From the NCBI GenBank assembly GCA_003427395.1, contig BFEA01000027.1:3238854-3302853 (forward strand): a DNA stretch of 64,000 nt, written 5' to 3'. This document shows, one piece after another, positions 37,800 to 50,150 of the stretch. Under the pieces are notes generated by a model. That model was not told the origin of the DNA. It worked only from the letters and a program-made list of their open reading frames with translations, and did not search any database. Position numbers and translations under genes: made by a program. Within the stretch, counting starts at the first letter, position 1. Every line of letters starts with the position of its first letter. This stretch comes from Chara braunii. Its lineage: Eukaryota; Plantae; Charophyceae.

Positions 37800-40055
37800 T
37801 CACATCAACCCAAATCCTTCTGCATCATTGATAGCCATCAGCAGCCTTTCCTTCAGCTTATCTGCGCTGCAGTACTCCGGCAGCAAAAGATGGTTGAAGC
37901 AAGTGTGAGCTGTAGGCAGGCGATCGGAGTCTGGACCATTGCGCGAAATGACAAAGGGCAGGTTGGCAAGGCCTTTGATTGGTGCTCTGTCACTTCCTGT
38001 TGCAAAGAAGAGCAGCCGCTTCTTCTGTTCGTCCGAGAACGAATGAACCACCTGCCAGAAGTCGCGGATAACCTGACTGTCCTTTGAGTACCCATAATCG
38101 TATATCGTTCCCCTTTCCAGGGCCTCGAAGTCCAGGTACGGGCTTCCGCAAATGAGTTGCTCGAGCTCCTCTGGTCGGAAAAACTGCAGAACTCGGCCAC
38201 CACATAGCCGCTTGAACCCTTTCATGAACGCTTGAAACGGCCATTCGATCGACTTCTCCAGGTAATACTTGGTGTACATGTCCACATATTCCTGCCTGTT
38301 CTCCTTTGTAACCATAACGTTCCCTCCGTCCTCCTTCAGGTCCACTGTCTTAATGGTACCAAACACATCCCTCACCGACACCTGGAAACTTCTGCAGAAC
38401 ACTGACTCTACATCCCCTTCAAAGCTGAGCAGCTGGCTCAACCCTCTTGCCAAATCCGGCGCAACCTCCACGAGATCTTCAAACGTTACGGGCTTCCCCA
38501 TCAACTTCTTGTAAATGACATTCGGAAATCGGAACTCTAGTATGTGTCCATTGTAAATGGCCAGCCCTATGATGACTCCAATGAGCTCATACTCCTCCAT
38601 GAACAACAAGTCCATGGAGTCGCCAGAGCTGAACCAGTACAGACGCGTTTGTTCATCGTACGTGAACATCCCGTACTTGGGGTCAAAAATGTCCCTTACT
38701 ATCAACTGGAAGAACTCCTTCTGCACTCCACCCTCATCAACACCCTCCTCCCCAAGAAACTTGACCTTCAGCTTCTTTTTCAGATCTGTGGAATCTTGAA
38801 TCTGTTCCAACGTGTCTTGGATGAGATGTGAACGTCTAACCGTCAGGACCAAGTATGGGCACGTGGCTTCCACAAAGATTGATTGCAGAATTGCTCCTTC
38901 AAACTCCTCGTTCATCGTCTCCTCAGACTCCATCTGGAGCAGTCGGCTCTTGCTGGATGGGTCATAAATGAAAGGGTACTTACAGAATGAGAAATTGTAC
39001 CTTTCTGGATGCTTGAATCTTCGGAAATCTTCCTTGATGTTGAACTCGTCGTTGTTCACTGCGTCATTATAGAAGATTGTGTACTTTGCAATCCGACTCC
39101 TTTCGTTGGCGTTGTCCAAAAGCGCCAAAACCCTTGTCGCCATCTCTACTGCTTCATCAATTTGAAGCGCTTCATAGAGATGGATTGTAACGAATTGCTG
39201 TATCACAGCAACCATGTGCTCAAACTCCATTCGGCCAGAGCTGGCAAACGCACGTATGAGACTTTCCTGCCAAGGAGAAGGCAGCGAAGTGATGAGACGC
39301 CATATCTTGTGCAACAAGCGATGATGCTCAGGCTCCATCAACAAGGGATTCTGAAGAATGATTAGAATTGGCCTTGCAATTCGCGTACCACCGGCTGCTG
39401 ACGAAGAAGATAGCGCATCAATGGCCAGGTGCATCTCCGCAAGAAGTTTGTCGATTGACAACATCAGAGCATCAACCACCTCCTGACTTTCCAATGTCAG
39501 AACCGCTTCATACAGCGCCCTCAGCGACACGAAATCCACTCCCAATGCTGGAGCGGAAACCTTCTCTGCACATTTTTTTGAACTCTCTTCTTCCGATTTC
39601 TGGATGGTGTGCTTTGGAAGGAAGCTCATGTGCAGCGCGTCCAATGAGGAGAATGTTGCATCGATGAGGTGGACAGCATCTCCCATGCCATCAGTGAGTT
39701 TCACCTTGGATAGGCAATCCAATAATGAGGTCAAGTCCGGTGGCTCTTCCACTGCCCCAGATGCGAGCTTAAACGCAAGTGCCGCCGCCTCATTAGGCAC
39801 AAGGCCACGACTCTGCAAGTCCTGAAAATGTCTATAGACCGTCTTCCGGAACTCCTCTTTTGCAGCTTGAGATGAACTGTTCATTACCTCGACAGTCGAC
39901 TGAACATGGCCGTCACCATCCCTTTTTGACTCTGGAAGAGATGTGGTTGCACCATCTTCAGACCACGACCCGATCGGGGAGTCGACCTCCATCGCCACCG
40001 CCGCTGCTGGCGAACGGGATTGATCATTAGGATTGGGATCCTCCTTGCTACACAT
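37800..40055 (-). CDS. HECT-domain E3 ubiquitin-protein ligase, E6AP/UBE3A-HERC-like
   Basis: Uninterrupted frame (776 codons from TTG 40130; first ATG at 40055). FSFCKYPFI, LVLTVRRSHLIQDTL, LKVKFLGEEGVDEGGVQKEFFQL, FRPEELEQLICG, LLFFATGSDRAP, catalytic LPTAHTCFN (Cys codon 37901-37899), terminal GFGLM. True start or upstream exons uncertain. Confidence 0.95.
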   Translation of the reverse strand: MCSKEDPNPNDQSRSPAAAVAMEVDSPIGSWSEDGATTSLPESKRDGDGHVQSTVEVMNSSSQAAKEEFRKTVYRHFQDLQSRGLVPNEAAALAFKLASGAVEEPPDLTSLLDCLSKVKLTDGMGDAVHLIDATFSSLDALHMSFLPKHTIQKSEEESSKKCAEKVSAPALGVDFVSLRALYEAVLTLESQEVVDALMLSIDKLLAEMHLAIDALSSSSAAGGTRIARPILIILQNPLLMEPEHHRLLHKIWRLITSLPSPWQESLIRAFASSGRMEFEHMVAVIQQFVTIHLYEALQIDEAVEMATRVLALLDNANERSRIAKYTIFYNDAVNNDEFNIKEDFRRFKHPERYNFSFCKYPFIYDPSSKSRLLQMESEETMNEEFEGAILQSIFVEATCPYLVLTVRRSHLIQDTLEQIQDSTDLKKKLKVKFLGEEGVDEGGVQKEFFQLIVRDIFDPKYGMFTYDEQTRLYWFSSGDSMDLLFMEEYELIGVIIGLAIYNGHILEFRFPNVIYKKLMGKPVTFEDLVEVAPDLARGLSQLLSFEGDVESVFCRSFQVSVRDVFGTIKTVDLKEDGGNVMVTKENRQEYVDMYTKYYLEKSIEWPFQAFMKGFKRLCGGRVLQFFRPEELEQLICGSPYLDFEALERGTIYDYGYSKDSQVIRDFWQVVHSFSDEQKKRLLFFATGSDRAPIKGLANLPFVISRNGPDSDRLPTAHTCFNHLLLPEYCSADKLKERLLMAINDAEGFGLM

Positions 40056-40145
40056 TTCGTGCAATTTCCTGTGAGATAGGGCACACAATGAGGATTCTGC
40101 GACTCCTTTTTCTTCAGCAATCACCTCCAAGGTGACAAGGTCATC

Positions 40146-40632
40146 TTTTTTGTTCTTTTTTTTTTAAAGGTTGACGACTTTGAGATATCATCATTGAACT
40201 GACCGGCCCAGGGTAATTCAGAATGATTTTATTCCGGTCATCTGATGGCATCTGGATTCGAACTCAGGTCTGTATTTCAACAGTTCATGGATGGATGTAC
40301 CAACTGAGCTATTCCTTCTTCCCCCCGAATAGAACGTACAGTCATTTCCGCTGCATCTGGACTAAAAGGTGAGCCAAATACGGCTATAATGACCGTACTT
40401 TCTATTCGGGGGAAGACGGTAATTCCGAATGATTTTATTCTGGTCATCTGGTGGCATCTGGATTCGAACTCAGGTCTGTATTTCAACAGTTCATGGATGG
40501 ATGTACCAACTGAGCTACCTTCTTCCCCCCCGAATAGAACGTACGGTCATTTCCGCTGCATCTGGACTAAAAGGTGAGCCAAATACGGCTATAATGACCG
40601 TACGTTCTATTCGGGGGAAGACGGTAGGCCCA
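40146..40632 (-). mobile_element. tRNA-derived SINE (same family as 31152-31333) with an inserted MITE and a ~205-bp tandem duplication
   Basis: Minus strand reads tagctcagttgg...gaactgttgaaatacagacctgagttcgaatccagatg twice, then gggccggtcagttcaatgatgatatctcaa...ccttt(A)n. Confidence 0.85.
40518..40624. mobile_element. 107-bp Tc1/mariner-pogo-type MITE (second copy at ~40313-40418)
   Basis: ~30-bp TIR CC(G/T)TCTTCCCCCGAATAGAACGTACGGTCAT with a TA duplication at the SINE A-box TA. Confidence 0.8.
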
Positions 40633-41889
40633 TAGTAGCTGCAATCCGACCAATTTTCCCTTTTTTTCTCTCTCTAATGCACAACCCTAAGGTCTCAGTC
40701 CCTTCTACTCCTGGCAGCATCAGAATGGTTCTTCTTCCACCGCCAAGCCACCGAGATACAACATAAACACACAAGGGGTCCAAGAGCCCAAGTCCTTAAG
40801 CATCAAAAGGTACAAAAAAACACCCAAAGCAGCCACCGTGCACAACCAATCTTGAGAAAAGCCAGCACTGTGGGTACCCTCTAGCCCTCTCAAAGGGTAC
40901 TTTGACTTATACGGGTGAGGGGAATCCAGCCCGGTCAGCTGGTCGACAGTGCTTACCCACTTTTAACCACAGTGACAGCTTGTTTTTTGGGGGGTTCTTT
41001 AGTTGTATCCCTTTCTTGCTAAATCACTTTATTTCATATCAAAACTTCGATGAGGCTGAGGGTCCTCACAACCTGCCTGGGGACCATTACCCAGCTGCCG
41101 TTCGAAATGCAACTCTTCAAGAAAATAATTTATGCTACGCGCAAATATCTTCCTCTAACTGCGCACTGTGCAAAAAGGGGCAGGACTATAAAAACCGTAA
41201 GCGTGCCAGAGAGGGGGAGGACTATAGAAACCATTAGAAACAGTTAAATGTTTAGAAAATTACATGCTAAATATAGGCGAGAATTAAATACTAGGGGCAA
41301 AGAGGATATCGTGGGTGAGAGACTTGCAAAGGTATACAGAGGTGCATAAAAGTACACAAGGGATGTACGAAAACGGTGGGAAAGATAGTGGAGAGTGGTA
41401 TCAGAAATTGCCAGTAGTGTAGTGGGAAAGGAGAGGAGACTAGTAAAATGAGCCTTGAAATGATTCTTGCATGAGAGGATGCAAAATTGCAAATACATTG
41501 TGTGGATAATGCAAGAATCGCGCAGGTAGGGGGAAACTAGATGCAAGACCAGAGCGCGGTGAGAGTATACAGGGGAACTATAAGGTGGAATGGGTAGGGC
41601 TGGGGGGAAACGGGGGTAAGGGATTGGGAACATTACAAAAGAGGGACGGGAGTGGCCGGAGTGGGCAATGCCTGGGTACCAACGGGAGTCTCCTGATTGT
41701 TTGCAACAGCCCCCTCCCTCCCCCCGGCTTTCTTTTGTGGTCAGTTCAAACTTTGGGTCATAGTAACTTCATAGTAGTAGTTCATACTACTGTTTTCCTT
41801 TTACTTGGCGGGGAAAAGTAACCGGACTGGCACCCCCCAGAATAGAAGGGGCTGTACCGGTGTGTTAAAAAAAGAAAAGAAAAAAACTA

Positions 41890-44790
41890 GGGCTATCACA
41901 TCTAGGTAAGCCAATTTCTCAATCCAGCATGGCCTAAAGCAGGCCATAGCTCAAGCCAGGACTTCCATGGCACTCCACAGACGCAGGATAATCGACCTCC
42001 ATATTCTACTGTGAAATGAGCAACCTAATGCCCCAGTTTGGGACCCGCCAGCCATAGACACCAGAAACCTCAGAGCGTCTGATGCTGACGATGACGCTAA
42101 GCATGCCGATAAAGCCAATCCCTTGCAATGTGACAGCTAGTAACCGGCTGAGTTTCGCCCAGGTCTTCGAGGACCACCGTAAAGCTTTTACTCTTCTCCT
42201 GCCTCGTCGACTTGCTACCCTGCGTCGTCCAGTCCATGACGAAGATTCTGTGCACCATTGCTTTTGTCCGCTCGTATTGAGCTCAGTGTCTGAAATACTT
42301 CTTACTTTGAACATGCCCCTCTTCTGGTAGAACCACAACTACCTGGGAGCTGCTGAGCTCATACCCCGGGCCAAATAAACCCAACCCAAATCAGGGAACA
42401 GAAAAGGAGGGAGAACAAGAATTGCCCATTTTACATCCTACTACAACTCTCAGGGAACTCCCATTCAACTCCAGTGGTGTTGGCACCACTCCTGAACCCA
42501 AGAGGAGGTTACGCATTCCCACCACGGATCCAAGAATGTTTCCACTCTGTTCGGAGCAGCAGGAGCATTTTGCATCACAGAGGAGGAGACGATCACAACA
42601 TTAACCCCTCCTAAATGTCTGGGTACACGGAGTGTCTCCCGGATAGAAGGGGCCGAGCGAATGGAAGTCTGGCTGCCATCCTCTGCGGTGCAACGATGGC
42701 TCACTGCCCTAGGCGTCTCGTACCAGGGCAGAGCTACTCGCCTTTCCTTCTCATCTGCAACATTGGTTCATGCTTGCTGGTACTAAGCAACCGGACTGTC
42801 GCCCCCCACAATAGAAGGGGCAGGAGTGTGTGTTGGGTAAAAAAATTAAAAAAAAGAATGTTTCCACCACCCTTCTGCATCTCAGAGAGATAGTTCTGAC
42901 ATCCATACCCCAGAGGATGAATACCTCCGCCGAGAGCGTCTCAGAATGAGCCTGGAGCCAGGTTGAAGTTGTGGCCTTGGGGGATGGAAGCTATTGGCAA
43001 GATGTCAACATCGTACAGAAGTAAGCTAAATAGAGAAGAGAACCAGATGGAAGAAAAGGCTGCAAAGACAACAGAGCTTCCGTAGGCAAAACTTGCGCCC
43101 CATTTGGTAAAAAACTGATCCACTCTCAGCTTACAACAGGGCAGCCTCCAGCCCGCCGCCCGTGTATCCAGTTTCAGCTGTCGAATGGGTGCACCTCCTG
43201 CCATTAGTCCGAAGGTGGGGCAGCCATTGAATGAGAATTCTTCAAAGACTCAAACCACCTCTGCTTCCCATGTTCCCTAAGCACAATGTCAGACTTCTCC
43301 CCTCTTCCCTGAATCGTCTATTACATCCCAACTAGCCTATCTTCATGCGTGACAGGTTCACCTGCTAAAACCTTACAAAAATCTCGACATTCTCGTCCCA
43401 AGTCAAAGGTTTGTCTGTACCACAAGCCCAAGGGATCCATTTCCCACCACCTATGTAGACTGTCCCACGAATCCTCGACTCTGAGTTTCTGAAAGCTCCT
43501 CCCTATAAGCTCCCGAAATGACCTCCGTTGCCACCCATGGGGAAGATGTTGCCCAGTTGGTCCATGATCCCTGGGCTATACAAGTGAAGCTCTGAGAATA
43601 CTTCCTCCCTTTACCCTGGCTCCGAGCAGATGCTCAGTTTCATTTTTCACCAAGCTTTGCAGATGCCATCCCATACGGGGGACTCAGGCCACCTCCAAGT
43701 GCAGGAGTCCATGAACAGAACTGCCCAAATGACCCCCCCCTTTACAAGAACCATACCCCCCTCCACCGCAGGTTTCCAAAGGAACGTTGTGGCATTGCCT
43801 CTGCGTTTTCTACCCAGCAACCTCACTCGCACTTAGTACAACAGCTGTGAGAAGACCGAGTCAGTGAGGATCAGAGCATGTCGAAAGAGGGCTAGGTGAA
43901 AAGGTCTTCCTCCACTGGGCGAGACTGGCATCCATATATTCTGCCAGTATGTTCCCCAATACGTTAGCGCAGTTTCTTAGGAAGATCTGAATGCCAAAGA
44001 ACCGCTCAGTCGGGTCCTCAGGGATCTGCTTCATGCCCCAGTGAATGCAGAGGGAGAAATGGTCAGGTAAGAAATACGCAGACTTGGTCCAGTTGACATG
44101 GGCTTCAGGTAGCTAGGTAGGTGTCCACGATGGCCTTCAATGCAGACAAGCAAACAATTGTGTTTCTGGAAAATACAGTAAGCTCATCACCCACCACATC
44201 ACTTAAAACTAGGCATCCCCCTTGGACCCCAAAACCATGATGTACGGATGGTCCCGGATATTATCGAGGAGCACATCCATCTGCAGTATAACAGCCAGGG
44301 TCACGCAGGCAGCCCTGCCGCGGCAAACATAAGAGGCAGCAAGGGGCTGGAATTTACCCTTTAACAATGCCTGTTGAAGTGCCAGAAGCTCATAGAGATT
44401 TGACCATGTGGCAAAATTGAGACCTATCCCGACATCGGACAAGGTGGCCAACACCAGGTGGAGTTGACCCTGTCATAGGCCTTTTCTAGGTCTAGCAGGA
44501 GAACACCCACACCACTTTCACTTCTGCCTGGACCTCTACTGCTTCCAACTTTCCACAACATGAATTATGATAGGCCTCCCCTGCATGAAAGCTCCGTGAT
44601 CAATGCCAATCGAAAAGGGTAGATATCAAGGCAGACAACTACCCTAGGTTTTAGTTAAGGTCTTTTACTAGACATTCAACAAGGAGATAGCCCTCCAGTC
44701 GTAAGATTCTCCCTATCCCCTTTTACCAAAGAGCTATAACCCCCTAGTCATCTCTGCAATGAACGGACTCTTGAGAAGCTAACAATGTCA
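41890..44790 (-). mobile_element. Highly decayed L1-like ORF2 (RT and downstream region)
   Basis: DWRAISLLNV (~44690), DHGAFMQGR (~44590), LLDLEKAYDRVN (~44480), AAFSSIWF (~43050); many stops. Confidence 0.75.
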
Positions 44791-45039
44791 GCACCATGCA
44801 TGAATTTATCACACACACAGTGTTGTCTCAAAAATGTAGCACCAAGTAGATAGACAAAGACAAGGGAAGAGTTTGAGGAATAGTAAAATGCTTACAACAC
44901 TTCGGTTTCTCCATCCCCCTTCTCCTCCGGGTCTCTCCCTCTCTGTACTTGCCACCCAACCTAACCCTCTACTATTGAAGCCAGTGTCATCACCCCCAGC
45001 AGAATTCTCTCGCCAATATACTAGATCAACCTCCAGAAC

Positions 45040-45890
<851 letters not shown>

Positions 45891-47392
45891 CACTCTGTCT
45901 GTGCCTCCTCCAGCGTTAGCGCTCGAGCATCAAGCCGCACGAGGCAGGAATGAATGACCACCTGGGGCAGGCTGCTCTTTTGTGAGTTGACTCAGCCTGG
46001 CCTGCCTCCTCTTGCCCCCTCGGTTGACTGAGATTTCTCAATGTGGGCCATTGTGTGCCTGGACCAAGTGGACCTTGCAAACTTCTGGAAAATGCACTGC
46101 GCCACTGGACGTGCGTGGCATCTGTGGGCATCGTTGACTCCCAAGAAATCGATTACTCTTTCTCTATTGTGCCCAAGTTGCATCTCACTGTTGACTTCCT
46201 AAAGTCTATTACTGGTTCTCGGGTCTACAAGGAGTCTCTTTAGACCCTTGACCAGTCGCACTCTACAGATTGGTGTAAAGTATGGTTAAAATGACCCTTT
46301 GGTTTTCTTATAAATGAGGGTGAAAATTGGGGGGTCGGTTAACCTTCTCTCTAACCAGATCCTTTTGACTCAAGGACTTTATGGTGCCCGTTCCAGGGCT
46401 GTGGATGTGACTTGTGTGCCCAGAACTGACTGGATCAGACTTACGACCCTAGACTGTCTCTGTGCGGATTCCAAACTTGGGTCTCTGTTAACAGGCGTGC
46501 ACCAGAAAGAAGTTCGTAATATACCTGAACTAAATCCGGACCCGGCTCAGGCCAAAATGTTTCATAGTATTTCATACTAGATTCATAGGAATCGAGTGGC
46601 AGACCATTGCAATGAATTTGCAGTTTCCCTAGCGATTTGTACACTAACAGCCTAGTAACAGGGATAGTTTTGTAATTTTCTGAATTTTGGGGCCCGCACC
46701 TGCAAAAAGTAACGATTGGGGCCCAGCCCTGTGCTGTCTTCCAAAGAGTGGTAGGTCTACAGGTCCGGTAGGCTGTAGGGAGTAGATATAGCAGTAGGTT
46801 GAGGGTCTGCGTTTTTTTTTTGTGGGTGTCCAATTTCTCTTTTTTAATATTAAACCACCACCAGCTCCGATCCTGGTTTTGCCAACCCTGAATTTCACTG
46901 CGCACCAAGTGTTGCCGAGCCAAGGTCCAATTGTATTTTCTTTCCTGGTACTCACAGTTTTTGCACCCAGAAAAGGGGCGGGGAGGAGAAAAAAAAAGAA
47001 GAAGAAGACTATGAAAATAAGAAACTTCCTTAACGCTGTCATAGCCATCAGATACATTCTACGAGGTGCTAGTGAGACTGTGCCCTCAGTCAGGGCGTCT
47101 GTCTCGTGAAGAGGAAATGAATAACAAAAATAATAAAATCCTTATGCTGTGATCCCGGTCCGATAAAGGAAGCTACAGTACCAGTGTGAGTACGAGTTCA
47201 GTGAGGCAGTTTGTAGCCCTGTGTGGAATCCGCCCTGCCTCACTGGCAGGGCACGAAAAGGACACAAGAAAAACAAAAAGAAAAAGAAAAAACACAGCAA
47301 TCACCTTCCACACATACTGGCCATATACATTCTATGAGGTGCCAGTGAGACTGTGCCCCGTGAAGAAGAACTGAAGAATATATATATATATA

Positions 47393-47731
47393 GACGAAAC
47401 AGTTTGTCACAGCCCCTCGTTTGTTGTCCTCTTCTCCCTCTCTGCCTACGGTTTACCGGGCAGTTCTATTTGACGATATATATATATATATATATATATA
47501 TATCGTCNNNNNNNNNNNNNNNCTCATCAGGAGGCTGAACCCTCAACAGTCTGCAGAATCCCCTCACTGATTACACTGTAAATGATAATCTACCTTAACC
47601 AAAATATATATATATATCGTCAATATATATTGTCAAATAGAACTGCCCGGTAAACCGTAGGCAGAGAGGGAGAAGAGGACAACAAACGAGGGGCTGTGAC
47701 GAACTGTTTCGTCGGAGTTTCACCGACTCAT
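47393..47731. mobile_element. Cluster of (TA)n-embedded copies of the hammerhead-bearing short element
   Basis: Forward copy 47393-47476; gapped reverse copy 47503-~47603; stub 47617-47622; reverse copy 47630-47731. All are separated by (TA)n. Confidence 0.8.
47523..47565 (-). ncRNA. 5' half of a predicted type III hammerhead ribozyme; the 3' half is in the N gap and is seen in sibling copies
   Basis: Minus strand CAGACUGU-U-GAGG-guucag-CCUC-CUGAUGA-G. Siblings supply GUCGG-ugaaacu-CCGAC-GAA-ACAGUUUG, which pairs with CAGACUGU. Confidence 0.7.
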
Positions 47732-48499
47732 ATATATCTCCCTTATGCCGTTATCCCAGTCCGATACAGGAAGCTAACAGTACCAGTGTGAGTATGAGTT
47801 CAGTGAGACAGTTTGTAGCCTGTCGTGGAATCCGCCCTGCCTCGCGGACAGGGCAGCAAAAGAGCAAAACGACCAGAGGAACTTGAAAAACAAAGGGACA
47901 AACGTTCCACACATAATGGCCAGATACATTCCTCAAACACTGCAGTGACTTCCACTTTCATGAGGGCCTTCCCCGACATCACTGGATTCAAAATACTCAG
48001 TTTCTCTTTTTTTTCCCTCATTGTTGGCCAGTAGGGTCCCAATCTTCTCTTTTGTTTTTCTTTTCTGCCGAGCCTCCTGGAGACCTCCGAAAACTGTGGC
48101 GTGACGGATATTCCCATTTTTCCGAACACTGAGAAAGGTAGTGGTGGTTTAAACTTTAAAGAACACTTCATTAACAGATTGAAAAATGAGGCCGGGGACC
48201 GCTCACAATTCGAACCCGGCGTTATCCTGGCAACATTTAATTTAGCCAGTTCTGCTTATGAGAGAAGTCAAACCTCCTTCTCTCCCTCTTTCCTATGTGC
48301 CCTTCCTAAGAGTTCCTGAGCTCTGCTCAGCTGTTGTAGCTGTCAGCTATTCGTTACATTCTGGAGTCACGAGGTCCTCCCTAAAAGGGGCCGTCTCTTC
48401 GTCCGTCTACCTTTGCTGCTCTACTGTGCCCTGCTCTGTAAACCTCTAAATCTTCCGCCTTCCTTGTGCCCTGCGCTGTTGAACCCTAAACCCTCCGTC

Positions 48500-50150
48500 C
48501 TCCGTTCTGAATAGTCTTCAGGCCAGAGCGAGATCCTGTCTTGCATGAGTGGACGTTGAAGAGGCAGCTGTTGTCATGTGGTTGTCGTGACCGTGGTGGT
48601 CCTGCTGAATTCCCCATGCAAGTCTGAGGCTGTTGCCCATTATGGTCCCCAGTTTACCTGTGCACAGCACGTCCTTTGTGAACTTGTCAACAATGTCTTG
48701 TTTTTTGGTGGGGTCTTCTTGCATGTGCTGTCTAGCTCTGAGCCAATCCGAGTGGTACTCTGTGCTTAGGGTCTACATCAGCCCTTCCCATGCTTCGGTC
48801 AGCCATGTTTTGCCCAGCAATTGTCTGCTTGCAGTGCTTCTTCCAGATCGCCCACAGTCTCAGAGGGTGGAGTCTTTGGTAAAGTGTACGTTGCCACTTC
48901 TCTTGCAGACAGACGTGGTTCTTTGAGGCCGGTGAGTGTGGGCGCTGGGTTGTCTGGCAGGGGGGTGCACATGGCTGCTTCCCCCAGGTTTGCCGATCTG
49001 GTCCAGAGTCGAGCTGCATGTCGGCAGGTGAGTAAGCAATATGGAAGATCTTCTGGAGTGCCATCCTCGCAGAGGGCGCAGATCCGTTTGAGCGGCTGGA
49101 TATCTTCATTTGTTGAGCCACTGGTTGACCAGCAGCCTAGATCAGCCACTGCATGCTCCTCATCCTTGTGTTCCTGATGGACAATGGCACTTGCCAGGAT
49201 ATTTTAGTCTGGTTTCCCAAACCCCAGGCAAGGTGATTGTCCCACCGTTGCGCCAGGATTTGCTGTGTGTTGACTGATCTTCTTCTCAGTCTGTAGCCCA
49301 ATCTGGTAGATGTTGGTTTGGCGCGCCACTCTTGTTGTGGCAGTGGTTGTTTTCCAAGTCCATTCTGCCGGGTCGAATCCCAGATCCTGTATGCTGGTCG
49401 TGGGGTTGTAGATTCTGTAGTCTTTAGCATTTTGCATAGCACTGCTGCACTATTTTGGGAGCGAGCAGCAGCTTCTTCCTAGAGATTGGGCGGCCATAGC
49501 TGGGACCACCTGAGCTGCTTTGAAGTAGCGCTGGACTTGGAGTTCTCGAGCGCTGACGGCGAATTCACCCTCTGTGCTGTTGGGATTGGTTTTGCTGTAG
49601 GCGTTTTCTTCATCGTAGTGACCTTCTTCTCCATGTCTGAGGCTGGTGACGCTGCCTTGAGTGGGCGCTGTTCGAATCAGGGAATTCCGAGGAAGAATCG
49701 TGATGGTTGCTTGATTCGGGAAAACTTGCCAGCCATCTGCTGAAGCAAAGGGTCTGGGCACTATAGTAGTTGAATATCATATCCATGGTTGAGGCGGAGT
49801 CAAGGAGGGAGATGAAGACTCCTGAAAAACTCGCTGAAACGTTGTTTTTAATTTGCTTGCGGTTGTTGAAAACTTGGTTGAGATTCTCGTCAGAGGGGCG
49901 CTATTGATTGAGTTGAGTAGAGGCTTGTTTTCACTCAGAATTGAACTCGTTTCAATTCTTAATTCCGGATTGTGCTTCCGCTGCCTATATCTCATCATTC
50001 GATTCGTGTGGATTTGCTCTCTTCAAGTCTGTCTGTCATTGCATGTGCTTGGGAGCATGTGAATGCAGCGTTGGATGTAATCTCAATCAAGCTCATAACG
50101 CCATCATCTCCCAAGGTTTTGCTTTTGGCCATTTGTGGAAGGGCCAAAGT
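48500..50150 (-). mobile_element. Decayed L1-like ORF2 C-terminal region
   Basis: TRLGYRL...QRW and the zf-RVT-like CALCEDGTPEDLPYCLLTCRHAARLW. Confidence 0.75.

Larger units (their letters stand above)
47050..47930. repeat. Tandem ~275-bp units; the second is interrupted by the (TA)n insertion cluster
   Basis: atacattcta.gaggtgc.agtgagactgtgccc at ~47052 and 47325; ccttatgc.gt.atccc.gtccgata.aggaagcta at ~47140 and 47741. Confidence 0.8.
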
